From assembly GCA_000002445.1 (NCBI GenBank), contig CM000208.1, positions 3,872,001 through 3,936,000 of the forward strand: 64,000 bases of DNA. The letters run 5' to 3'. Under the pieces are notes generated by a model that saw only the letters and a program-made list of their open reading frames with translations, was not told where the DNA came from and did no database searches. The stretch is from Trypanosoma brucei (taxonomy: Eukaryota). Below are positions 1 through 10,573 of the stretch, piece after piece. Position 1 is the stretch's first letter; each line of letters starts with the position of its first letter. The position numbers were made by a program, and so were the translations under genes.

Positions 1-72
1 GCGAAGGCTAAACCGTCACCCCTTGCGATGGGCTTCTGACAAGCATAGCGCAGTGTTTGTGAGTTCAATCGT

Positions 73-74
<2 letters not shown>

Positions 75-107
<33 letters not shown>
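75..107. repeat. (GT)n dinucleotide microsatellite, about 16 units
   Basis: Uninterrupted gtgtgt run read directly in the sequence. It also creates the (VC)n stretch in the spurious ORF at 23..445. Confidence 0.9.
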
Positions 108-3100
108 GGCCGCTGAAGTTGTCAGACCCCATTTTTGCACTCTGTTCAGCCAAGGACAATGGGGGGACCGGACCTTCCCAAGCCGCTTGCTTGGAGAACG
201 GAGTTTGTGGTGATGTAGAGGCCTTACTTCACATCACCAAGTGGAGCGGCAGCGGCAGCAGGGGAAAAAAAAAAAGAGACTTCCGTGAATGCGCCGGGGT
301 CGTTTATCGCGAGCGAGGGGGTGCAAGTTTCCCGCGACCCAACGGAGGAGTTGATACACGGGAGTCCCTTGCCTCCGTCGGCCCTCTCGGGACCGCAGTT
401 TCCGCCTGGAGTGCACCTAAATACGTTTCATCCTCCACGATTTGAGTGATTGTAATATGTTCCCCGAGGCGTCGGTAAGCTGGCAACGAATGATGGACAA
501 GTGTGTGTCTTGCTGTGTTGTGAAGAACCAACACTCCAAAGGGCAAGCGCCAACAGGAACAAAACTTCTGCGGCCACCTCACGCCTTACCCGCGGCGGTC
601 TTGAAGATTAGAATTCACTCCCCAGGCGGTCTGTGTGTGTGTAGTGGGGGGGGGGTATTTTTTCATTTTCTATTTTTTTTAGGTGTATAGGGTCCTTGCG
701 TTTGCTCGTTTCTAAGATTCCTACGAAGCTGTGCGCTTCTTACGCGCTAGTGGCCGTGATTCCACGTTGTTGCGCGGTGGGATCCCTTTGCAGTACTGTC
801 CGCAGGGCACCAGCGTGTAGGTTCATGCGCTTACTACGGAATTGGCCCAGTTGTGCGGGCTGAACGCTCCCAAAACACAAACTATGTTGCCAAGGCCTAT
901 GCTCGCCAACTAGCGTCTACCTTAGTTCCCCCATTACCTCGATTACAACTGGCGGCCCCTGGGGGTGATGCTGTATTTTCTCCGGGATGTTCAAGCTCTA
1001 GGATCCCTGACGTACATTTGACTCCCCAAGTGAGCGGAGCATAGCCGAATACAAAGTCCCCCTCAGTATTTCCGTCCAGTTCCATAATTACCACTTCGCC
1101 TTTTTATTCTGACAGCCGTCCCTTGCTACGAGTAGCTGAATCACCTCTAATACCCCATAGACCTCCGTGAGCGCAGGGTTTTTGCCTTGAGGCCATTTGC
1201 CCTCGTGCAACCCCAATGTTTTTGTTTTGTTTTTGCTGGCTGGGTGGTGACCACCTTAGGCGGCGGGGGGGGGGGCGCGGAGGCGCACAGAAATTTTCTA
1301 AAATTAAAATTTTTTAACCTGGTTAAACAACCTTGAAACACATAAATGCGCAGCGCGCGTAAGATATTTCACTTTCCTAGCGACTCCAACTTTCGATGCC
1401 GATTCGTCGAGCTTTCCCGTGCGGAGCGGCGGCTATCCCTCGTGGGATGCACAAGAATGTTTTCACGTCCGGTGGCCGCGAGCCTTGTGGTCACGCACCG
1501 CCCCTCTCCCCCACTACCGGAGAACCGGTTATGGCCGCCAGAGCCACTTTTACTCGGGCTTCCCAGTTGGGCCGACCAACGAGGTGTTGCTGAGCTCTGG
1601 CCCTGTTTGGTCCCCCTTTTCCACGCGCGGTTCATTTTGCACCTCCTCCAACAATTTCATCCGCATCGGCAGAGCACGTAGGCGGCTATCAAGCACTGCA
1701 CTAGATTTGCGACTGCCGCGATCCTGCTCATTTGGGTTGGGCTTGGGGTGGGTGGGATGCCGACGCCGCCGAAGGCATGCTCACAGATGCCTTCTGGTGT
1801 CGGCCAAAAGTGCCTTCACCGTTAAAAACAAACAGCAGAAGGAAGGGAAAGGGGGAAAAAGCAACCAGCGGCAGCAAGTGATTGGCTGAAAGCCGCACCC
1901 TACTTCGTCCGAGTCCCGCGCGGGGCTGGCTAATTTTAATAATTCGGGGAGGGGCGATGGCGGCAACAGCACCCCCGGGCGTGCCCAAGGGCCCTTTGGC
2001 CGTCCACGTCGCCATTTGCAGGGTCTCTTCGAACAACAAATTGTTTGATGGCCTAACCTTTCGGAAGCACAGCTTTTATCACCCAATCACCGTTTCCACA
2101 ACCCTGGTGAGGGCAAATGCGACCTGACACCGCACATCTGTTATGGTTCTCTTTATAGCGACCTGGCGAACCCTAGCTTCGCCGCAACGGGCATTTCCAG
2201 AGAAAATTAGGCCTCGGCACCGCAATGGCGCACGCCGGACGATGTGGGCTAGAGCAGGGGCGGTGACTTTGTCCATCGCCCCAACGGTTTACGCAACGTT
2301 TTCACAACCTCGTTTACCCACCACCCCTTAAAGCCCTATCGGCATTGCTTCCCACACCAAAAAAAAGGAGGCGACCACGCTTGATGTGCAGCCGGCGCCC
2401 TCTCCGACAGCGGGCCCTGACCCCAGTCCCGCACCGTATTCCTCGTTTTTTTAGTTTCCAATCTCAGCTTCGCGTTGCACACTGGAACTTCAGAGTCCGC
2501 AGCCAGCGGTATCGGGTACGGCCCCTGCCCCACATTTCCGCCGTCCCCGCGGGACCATTCCGGCAGCGGCGATCGACGCATGCCCCTGAAGACCCCGATG
2601 TGTCCTCATTTCGTGGCGCAACATGTGGAGATGGCACCGTCAAGAAAGAAGCGAGCGGAGCCAACGCACATCCCAGCCGCTTGCTTTCCGGCTGCGCTGC
2701 GCATCTCTGCACTCAAGACGAGCCTTCCAAGGGGGTGACGTGCCGTTTCTGTACCACCATCGGCCTCGGGTTGTTCGGCGGGCACGGGTCGGCAAGGGGC
2801 CATCCCCGGGTTCACATGGAGCCGACCTTGCGCTTGTGGTCACTGCATGGAGGGGGATTTTATGGGTTGTGGTCGCCCCCTTTGGATGCCCCTGCCACCT
2901 GGAGAACGTCACTGAACACGGTGACCGCTGGTCCGGGCGGCGTCAGCCTGACGGAATAGCGGTCCTTTTCTCTGTGGCGGCGGCGGTGGCGCCCGTGATC
3001 CAAGCCTGGGCATGCCTTTGTTTGGTGGCGTGCGCGGAGTCACTTAGGTGAGCGGTGGACGGTTGCTCCCTTTTTTTCGCACTATCGCGGCCGGTCTAAA

Positions 3101-4191
3101 TGGTAGGGACCGCCCGTAGAGTATATCACGCGAATGTAGTGTGTTTGCAATCCTTTGAGCATGTCAGCGATGCGAGAGGTGCACCGTTACTCCGTATGGA
3201 GAAAAAATGTAGTGATACGTAGCGAAGTCACCACCGAGTGACACGCTAGGAAACGATCATGGATTCGTCGGAGGGAGTGTCCCGGTCGTTGACGGTGTTG
3301 TTTTCGATGCGCTGCGACGTTTTCAAGGCTAATTCGTTGCGAGCGGTTAATATCCCATGTACCCGGTAACCAATGCTGGTGTGCTGTCAAGAAGGTGGCA
3401 ATACCCATCCATCCGGTCACAGCAGGTTTGTTTTACTGTTCCCCCATCCAATTCGTTGTTGATCGGTTTGAATACCGCCTCGTCGCAACGCGCACGCGGG
3501 TTCAGACGTCAATACGCCACCTGAAAGCTAACCCCCTAACGCCTCGGTGGTACTGGTGCATCTCTAACCCGCAACGTTGCAAGTGACGCTGGAGTCCTGT
3601 GCCGCAGAGCTGAACCAATGGGTTGCGCTGCGGATGCACTCTACGTCCGTATGTCGTTGCTAGTGCAAGTATTTGCGTAGCATTCGTCAACTTGCCTATG
3701 GCGCGACTACTTATATCCATCAATGCTGAAGTGATGTATATTCGCGGTTACCGGCGGGTTGTATCTACTGCAAGCGGTTTTGAAGGTTTGTACCGCGATC
3801 CTTCTATCTTCAGTACCCCAATGTGGGTTATATTTCTCATTTCTTTGTTTATTCTGTTTTGAATGCAACAAGTTATTGCAAAACAAATGTGTATATTGTA
3901 TTTTTGTCATTTCGTTTTTCTTAATCCTTGCTTCGGGGGTACCAGTGTCTTATCGCACGTTTCTCTCTATGTAACGGGCGCACGTAACACTTATGAGCGG
4001 CATTTAACAGCGGGAAAATTCGGCTCCCGTGGTATTGCAAACCTCAAGAAACTGGCTGCTAACATACCGGTATCTGCACACTTTATCCTCTTCGTCTGCT
4101 TGAAATCTCTCTGCATACTGCATTTACATTGGTAGGCAGCACTTTTATCATACCTGCAAGAACACTCCTGATTTATAACTTAGTTTTTTAA

Positions 4192-5253
4192 ATGCTTCAA
4201 CCAGAGTGTCAACCGGGGTTTTGCTTCGATTCGGTTGCGGTGGATGGGAAGACGAACGTTGTAGTTAACGTCTGTGGGCATGAATCAGTCGGTAAGGCAC
4301 TGACAAAAAGCATGGACGTCGCACCCACAAGCTATTTAGATGAATATGGAGTAGATAATCTTATTGTTCCAATATCTGTTAGGCCTCCATTGAAATGCGA
4401 AGAGGGTAGGTGTGATTTTGTTATCGACGTCGTTGTCCATCCGTCACTGACTGAGCGCTGTGTGAAGGGACACCGACTTTTTGAACATTATATAACCAGG
4501 CTAACAACCCTCGCTATTGAATGGATCTTGCAGGAGTGTGGAGTAAGGCTAAATGCACGGGACTGTAAGCTTATTAAAGGGACGAAATACTATAGTTGCA
4601 CAAAACGGGACGTCAAGCAAATGATTTCAGAGTTGATGAGATCAATGGATACACAGTTGAAGAACGAGTCAACAAAGACAGACTCAGAATCGGATTTGCT
4701 AGGGGACAAACTTAAGGTAAACACCAATAGAAAGGATGCGGAGAATAGCCGACCACCCCTTGTTACAGAAATGCCTGCAAGTAGTGGAATTCAGAAAGGT
4801 TTCCTTAGCAAGGCCAGGCTATATGGAGACAAGGGAAGTGGTGAGTGTAACGAATCTCAATCCGATCCACTTCTTCATCTCCCTGAGAACCTTAGAAAGA
4901 AATGTCAAATTGTTGATCTTCGGCAAAGTAGTTGCACGCCACAAGAACCGGGAAAGGCCGGTCTAATCTCCAAATGTGATGAAGTGCTCAAAAATACTCC
5001 TACTGTCCCTACAAAGCCACTCCACGAATGGAAGGTTATTTCTTTGAGTTGCGATGAAACGGCGGTTGTTGTACGACTACATCCACCGCCGGGCGTAACA
5101 TCAATGAAGTCGGTAAACCTGGAGGTAACGCCGGGCACTATAGAAATTGACGAAACTGTTGTTAACCTACCGAAATCCATACGCGTGGGTGAAGTATCGG
5201 CGAAATTTTTGAAATCTTCGAGCAGCTTAATTCTGACGTGTCCGATAGCTTAG
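4192..5253 (+). CDS. PIH1-domain protein (Kintoun/DNAAF2/PIH1D-like) with a C-terminal CS-like beta-sandwich region
   Basis: 353-aa ORF. The N-terminus QPECQPGFCFDS..VVVNVCGHESV matches the PIH1 signature (PGFC.K....NIC.S). The C-terminal part (VVVRLHPP..NLEVTPGTIEIDETVVNLP) resembles a CS/p23-like domain. An AT/pyrimidine-rich tract lies immediately upstream. Confidence 0.6.
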   Translation: MLQPECQPGFCFDSVAVDGKTNVVVNVCGHESVGKALTKSMDVAPTSYLDEYGVDNLIVPISVRPPLKCEEGRCDFVIDVVVHPSLTERCVKGHRLFEHYITRLTTLAIEWILQECGVRLNARDCKLIKGTKYYSCTKRDVKQMISELMRSMDTQLKNESTKTDSESDLLGDKLKVNTNRKDAENSRPPLVTEMPASSGIQKGFLSKARLYGDKGSGECNESQSDPLLHLPENLRKKCQIVDLRQSSCTPQEPGKAGLISKCDEVLKNTPTVPTKPLHEWKVISLSCDETAVVVRLHPPPGVTSMKSVNLEVTPGTIEIDETVVNLPKSIRVGEVSAKFLKSSSSLILTCPIA

Positions 5254-5523
5254 CATGTGAATTGCTCTGGTTGAAAAGCAGGAGAAATGCGGCCAAGTTT
5301 TATGGAGGATTTTTAACACGTTCAGCATCGCGACGCAATTCATTCAGCTCTGTTGCATTTAGTTTTACTGTGTGTGTATTTCAGTAGCCAACTTTTTGTG
5401 GTAAGGAGCAATTGAAGTAGTTTAAATCTTCCATATTTCTTACTTCTGTTCTCACATGTACAGTGTCTTATGAGTGTGCGAAATATTTCCGAAGGGTACC
5501 ATATTTAGTGAGTTTAAGGAAAT

Positions 5524-6621
5524 ATGGACATACCACAAGAACTGGCTTGTCCTACGGAAGATCGACGTTTATACGTTGTCCGGGGGCAAACATTTGAAGT
5601 TGGCCGTTCTCATAAACTCGTGAAATTTATTGGATCCGGGTCGTACGGGTCTGTGTGCTCGGCTGTTGATGAAGATAGCGGCGAACGTGTCGCTATCAAA
5701 AGAATACAACGCGTATTCTCAGACTTAAAGGAAGGCAAGCGTATATTGAGGGAAATGGATATTCTTACATCGCTACATCACACCAACCTCGTACGCCTAA
5801 GGCAGTTTATTCGCCCAGTACGGAAAGACGATTTTTCTGATATATACATAGTGATGGACCTTTACGACACGGATCTTCACCGGATCATCCGAAGTCGACA
5901 AAGTCTTACAAACGAACATTATCAGTACCTAATGATTCAGGCGTTTCGTGGGCTTTTCTACTTGCACACCGCAAAAGTTATACACCGTGACTTAAAACCA
6001 AGTAATTTATTAGTTAACGCTGATTGTACTCTGGCTATCTGTGACTTCGGGCTTGCTCGTGATGATCAATGTACGCAGACCTCTGCGCTCACCGAATATG
6101 TTGTAACTAGGTGGTATCGACCACCTGAAGTGTTAGGCATGGGATCCCATCGATATACAAACGCAGTGGATGTCTGGAGCCTAGGGCTCATCTTTGCTGA
6201 ATTGATGGTTGGTAAGACGCTTTTGCCGGGCTCTGATTACATTCACCAATTGATAATGATTGTCCATCTCCTAGGGACCCCCGCTTCGGAGGATATGGAA
6301 TTTCTTAGCGAGGAAGCAAAGAACTTTCTTCTTGCACAGCCTTTTCAGGAGGCTCGACCGTTTACAGAACTCTTTCCCGCTGCTACTCCTGAGGCGGCTG
6401 ATCTACTTTCAAAGCTGCTAGTATTCCATCCTGACAAGCGGCTTACGGCAAAGGAGGTGATTGAACATGCGTATTTTGCTAAGTTTAGGAACCCTGCGGC
6501 GGAGACAGGTGCTAAAGAGCCGTATGTTTGGCGACACAATGAGGGACTCACACTTGAGGGCCTTCGTGAGGAAATGTGGCGTATTATTTTGGCACATTCT
6601 CCCGGTCCAAAGGGTGACTAG
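5524..6621 (+). CDS. mitogen-activated protein kinase (TEY activation-loop type)
   Basis: 365 aa with Gly-loop IGSGSYGSV, VAIK, HRDLKPSNLLVN, DFGLAR, activation loop TEYVVTRWYRPPE and a CD-domain-like C-terminus. This is the classic ERK-type MAPK signature. It is possibly T. brucei MAPK2, but the paralogue is not resolved from sequence alone. Confidence 0.85.
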   Translation: MDIPQELACPTEDRRLYVVRGQTFEVGRSHKLVKFIGSGSYGSVCSAVDEDSGERVAIKRIQRVFSDLKEGKRILREMDILTSLHHTNLVRLRQFIRPVRKDDFSDIYIVMDLYDTDLHRIIRSRQSLTNEHYQYLMIQAFRGLFYLHTAKVIHRDLKPSNLLVNADCTLAICDFGLARDDQCTQTSALTEYVVTRWYRPPEVLGMGSHRYTNAVDVWSLGLIFAELMVGKTLLPGSDYIHQLIMIVHLLGTPASEDMEFLSEEAKNFLLAQPFQEARPFTELFPAATPEAADLLSKLLVFHPDKRLTAKEVIEHAYFAKFRNPAAETGAKEPYVWRHNEGLTLEGLREEMWRIILAHSPGPKGD

Positions 6622-6819
6622 GGTTGCATTTTCCTCATCCACTCAACGTTAGTCAATACATTTTAAATAAAATATGCACGAGATTTTGTCGGTAATGGGG
6701 CGAGGTCTGTGATGGCCTCGTTAGCGTCGACGTGCAGTATTTATGATATCAATGCTTACGGTGCTCACCGAACAGATAATTGTCCCTTTGCACCCTCTCA
6801 AGTGTGACATAATAGGGCG

Positions 6820-8685
6820 ATGAAGCATGACTTTCCAAAGCGTCCACGGGAGCCTGCACCCAGCGATTGCTGTGGCAGCGGGTGTACAAGATGTGTATGG
6901 GATGTGTATTTCGACGAAATGATGAAATACGAAGAACGCATGCAAAACGCCGTAATTAAAGACGAGTTTGCAGATGGTGATGTTAAAGGGGGATGTGATA
7001 GTTCATCTGATGATAGTGATGGTGATGGTGTTTCATCGAATTATGTGGGCTCTGTTGTGGTCAAGTATATTGACATTCCCAACGACGAAGGCCGCTGCGT
7101 AACGGCAGCGACCTCGATATCGACCATACTCGGTCGTTTTTCTGATGTTGTTGACGTTCATACAGTCTCGAGCAGCTCCCGTGGCAATTCCGGTGCTCAC
7201 TCCCCCGTCGGGAACCAAGACATACATGTGCTTGATGTAGTTTTGGGTGAAACTGATGGATTCGAAAAGCTAAAATTACCATTGTTACCGTTACCGGGGG
7301 ATGTTGTTGAGATTTTTCGCCCCAATGATTACAGTGTGGGAAATTGTGAACAACCCGGAGAGGTAGAAAAATTATGCGATCGCTTGGGTGTGTCTCCCAA
7401 CCAGTGGTGTGAACTCTATCGGTCTCCGTTTGTGCCAACAGGCCACTTTCCCCCGTGGCTTCCGTTACAACAACCCGTTCAGATCCGTACCCTTTTGGCC
7501 TATTTTGTGGACATCGGGAGTTGCAGCTACATTTTGCGCCCAACGTTTCTCCAGACGCTATTCCGTGTCGCGACGTCCGTTAAGGGTGTTCTCCCAGATT
7601 CTTTGACACCTGAGAGTCGTGATATGCTGGAGTTGCTAAAGGTGTGTGGATCGAGTGAGGTGGCGCCACTGATATACAAGGCCACCGTAAGTGGAAATGC
7701 TACGCCATGTTTTCCACGACTGATTGACGTTTTAAATGTGTTCTCATTCGTAAATTTTCCGCTTGCGCGTTTGCTCGAGGTCAGTGGACCGTTGCGGGCG
7801 AGAAAGTTCAGCGTAGCTAACTACACACTAAGTGAAACCGCTGACAGACAAGGGGGATCGTGCCTGGGCTCTGTGCAACTCTGTTTGCGTGGTGTCGACG
7901 TTGCCAAAACTGAAAGCGCCGTTGAGAAGGAATGCACCAGTGAACCTGCTCACATCTTTGCGGGTCTGCTGCGTGGCGCCGCGTTACGGCGTTGTACGGA
8001 AGGAGGAAATGGTGGGAACCACTTCACTGGGCACGTCTCAAACCCGTTGTGTTACTTTCATTCTCGTCAACATGCGCTTCGTTTGTATGTTGGCACTAAG
8101 CTGTTTGGTATGTCCTCGTTTGCGAAGAACTTGAATAGGGCTATCACCCCTGTTCGTCTGTCCACAGGACTGTCTCCAGTCCCAACGATGTTGCCATGGG
8201 TGATACTTGTGGGTGCGGGTACTGGAATTGCGCCCTTGATGAGTGCAGTGAACGAACTCGTGCGTCGCCGTGCTGATGGTTCGGCCGTTGAGCGTTGCAG
8301 TACTAAATGCTGGGTGGTGTATGGCGCAAGAAACTTCTCGGAACTCGTGTACCATGAGCAGCTACAAGAGGCACTGAGGCTAGGTGCAATCTCCCGGTAC
8401 GAAGTAGCCCTTTCACGATCGACTGCAGGTGAACACCCAAGATACGTCACGGATGTGCTGGAGTCGCATGCTGAGTTTATACGTTCTGAGCTTCTCGAAA
8501 GGAGCGGATGGATGTTTGCTTGTGGACCATTGAGTGCTATGCGGTCGCTGAGGGAACGAATGACCGCAAAAATTTTGCGCGCCGCGGACGACGACGAGAG
8601 TGTATCTGAACAACGCATTCGCTACTTGGAGGGCACAGAGCATCTTGTATTTGATATTTGGGGTTCGGTTGGCCTCTTCAGCTGA
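6820..8685 (+). CDS. oxidoreductase: N-terminal CxxC 'oxidoreductase-like' domain plus C-terminal ferredoxin-NADP-reductase-type FAD/NAD(P)-binding module
   Basis: 621 aa. N-terminus PSDCCGSGCTRCVWDVY matches the Oxidored-like motif. It is followed by an acidic Ser/Asp linker (DSSSDDSDGDG). The C-terminus has VILVGAGTGIAPLMS (NAD-binding GxGxG(I/V)AP) and FACGPLSAM, typical of the FNR/cytochrome-b5-reductase fold. Confidence 0.5.
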   Translation: MKHDFPKRPREPAPSDCCGSGCTRCVWDVYFDEMMKYEERMQNAVIKDEFADGDVKGGCDSSSDDSDGDGVSSNYVGSVVVKYIDIPNDEGRCVTAATSISTILGRFSDVVDVHTVSSSSRGNSGAHSPVGNQDIHVLDVVLGETDGFEKLKLPLLPLPGDVVEIFRPNDYSVGNCEQPGEVEKLCDRLGVSPNQWCELYRSPFVPTGHFPPWLPLQQPVQIRTLLAYFVDIGSCSYILRPTFLQTLFRVATSVKGVLPDSLTPESRDMLELLKVCGSSEVAPLIYKATVSGNATPCFPRLIDVLNVFSFVNFPLARLLEVSGPLRARKFSVANYTLSETADRQGGSCLGSVQLCLRGVDVAKTESAVEKECTSEPAHIFAGLLRGAALRRCTEGGNGGNHFTGHVSNPLCYFHSRQHALRLYVGTKLFGMSSFAKNLNRAITPVRLSTGLSPVPTMLPWVILVGAGTGIAPLMSAVNELVRRRADGSAVERCSTKCWVVYGARNFSELVYHEQLQEALRLGAISRYEVALSRSTAGEHPRYVTDVLESHAEFIRSELLERSGWMFACGPLSAMRSLRERMTAKILRAADDDESVSEQRIRYLEGTEHLVFDIWGSVGLFS

Positions 8686-8941
8686 GCGGTGCGTATTTTT
8701 TTCCCCCAGAAAGGTAAGCAATCATAGCTCTATTTGTTTGTTGCATTGTTTATTTGTTTGTTTTCCCTTCACCACAACTCATGTTGTTTCGTCATGGTCG
8801 TCCCCACTCGTGTGTTTTGTGTTCGTTTGTGTTACTTTGCCTACGCGCAGTACATAAGGAAGGTCAGTAAGCATAATAATACAGTGACAAGCGTCAAGGT
8901 TTTGGGTGGGGTGATAGGGGAGTCTGTGTGGCTCTCATAGA

Positions 8942-9481
8942 ATGTCAGATGGACTTCCGTGGCCCTCATCGACGGTGAGTGCTCTCCAAAGAATCCCTTT
9001 TCGGGAGCGCCTGAAGAACTTTTACTTCTTGATTTTTAGCGCTAAAACGAACCGATGTATCCTTGCCACATCTATTGTGCTGTTGCTAATCAGCGTGGTG
9101 AGGAGTAGCTGCGTAACGACCCTTTGGTACCATACAGCTGAAGCAATCGTAACGTTGCTTTTCGTCTGCGAAGTCACTATTCGTCTCATGGTGATGCGAG
9201 GTAACTTTTGGGATTCTTCGTACAATGTAGCGGAGGCGCTGTCTTGTGTGGTTTGTATTACTATTTTTTTCGTTCTCCACTACACACGTCAGATGAGCTC
9301 TTCAGTGGAACATCAGTTTCTTATCGCACTGCGCTATTTGGGCCAGGTGCTGCGATTGGCGGGGTTAGTTGCGGTGGACACTGTACTCTTGGGAAGTGGT
9401 GAGGCTACCCTTCATCTTTCTTTTGTCGGCACCCGGCCATGTGTGGTCAGTGGGAGAGAAAACCTGTGTGATGTACTGTGA
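8942..9481 (+). CDS. small membrane protein resembling an isolated voltage-sensor domain (S1-S4 of the ion_trans family)
   Basis: 179-aa ORF with four predicted TM segments. The S2-like segment LLFVCEVTIRLMVMRGNFWDSSYNVAE reproduces the ion_trans S2-S3 pattern (acidic residue in S2, basic residue, FW.S.WN..D/E). The S4-like segment LIALRYLGQVLRLAGLV has spaced arginines. No pore-domain ORF follows in any frame before the next gene. Confidence 0.35.
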   Translation: MSDGLPWPSSTVSALQRIPFRERLKNFYFLIFSAKTNRCILATSIVLLLISVVRSSCVTTLWYHTAEAIVTLLFVCEVTIRLMVMRGNFWDSSYNVAEALSCVVCITIFFVLHYTRQMSSSVEHQFLIALRYLGQVLRLAGLVAVDTVLLGSGEATLHLSFVGTRPCVVSGRENLCDVL

Positions 9482-10573
9482 AAATTTTTTATTTTCCTCC
9501 GTGGGCTGTCTGTGCTCTCCAGCGATTGGCACCTGGTGCGACGCGGGTGGTCACTCTTTTCTTTCCGTCTCTCTTTTACTTCTTGCTGAGTAGTGAGCCG
9601 GGGGGTGGGCCGCAACAGATATGCGGCGGCATCCAACACGCGTCTCAGGGAACCTCATGCCATGTGCACATGTGGACACATAAACACGTAAGTGTCAATT
9701 AGTGCCCATTTTGGAAGTGCGCAGTCACCACGTCTCGCGTACGCTTTTTTCTTTTTTTTTTACCTTCCTTTTGTACATACCCTCCTTTTTGACTCCTATG
9801 TCTTTGTCATTTTTTATGCAGATAGTAGGCAGGCTGGAGAAACGCAGGTGTCCGCATACCTGATTGGACGTTAGCGGGGCTTTGATCACCTTCTGACTAA
9901 TGTCCGAGGACACGTTTTTTCGCCGTGCTGCCAATTGGATGTACGGTGACTCTTCGTACCTACAGAGGACGCCGCCACCGGAGCTTGGTGATAGGCACAT
10001 CAACGAACTCTTGAGTCGCCATCCTTTTCACCCGTTTGACCCGGAGATGAGCTCCGAGCACCCTTGTAGCGAAAATAACTCGTTATTCTACTCGTGTATG
10101 ACAAGTGACGAGGTCGAGGGCTACGAACTGCACATGAAGCACGTCACCTGCTATTTTCCGTATAAAGTAAATCTGATGAAATGCCTCTCGAGAGAGCGCC
10201 GCCTGGCACGCGCGGGGGCGTCTTCGGATATAGACAAACAGAAATGACTACTCACAATGAACATTAGGCCCAGCCACACCCCCTTCCGGCTGCCGGTTAA
10301 GCACGGGGCTGAGTTTTCCATTGGGACGCCAGTATTTATTTATTATCACAATTATTTTTACCGCGCACGATCCTTAGGTTTGGTAGACATACGTGGAACA
10401 CATACAAGCACATGGATGTATATTCGTCTGTGCGCATAGTCAAACCGATAAGCTCATGTTTTCTGCAAACTTACACAGGACTCTCCCCCGACCCCCTTAA
10501 ATACAGAGTCGTCACCTACGTGCTCGTCTCCCACTCTTGCCATCTATAGTGTTACAAAGCTCCCACACACAAG

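Noticed and set aside
2345-3051. ORFs of 204 aa and 142 aa (plus several others of 80-160 aa) in the GC-rich upstream region, as possible genes.
   Set aside because: They overlap in different frames and are low-complexity and Arg/Pro/Gly-rich, as expected from GC-rich non-coding DNA. No motif is present. At most they are remnants of a decayed gene. This is noted as a finding and not called as CDS.
7061-7543. Antisense ORFs embedded in plus-strand genes: 7061..7543 (160 aa), 14116..14676 (186 aa), 19813..20451 (212 aa), 21774..22385 (203 aa), 35356..35919 (187 aa), 47121..47705 (194 aa) and 48191..48703 (170 aa).
   Set aside because: Each lies opposite a well-supported gene with recognisable domains. 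None has a recognisable motif. Kinetoplastid gene clusters do not carry antisense genes.
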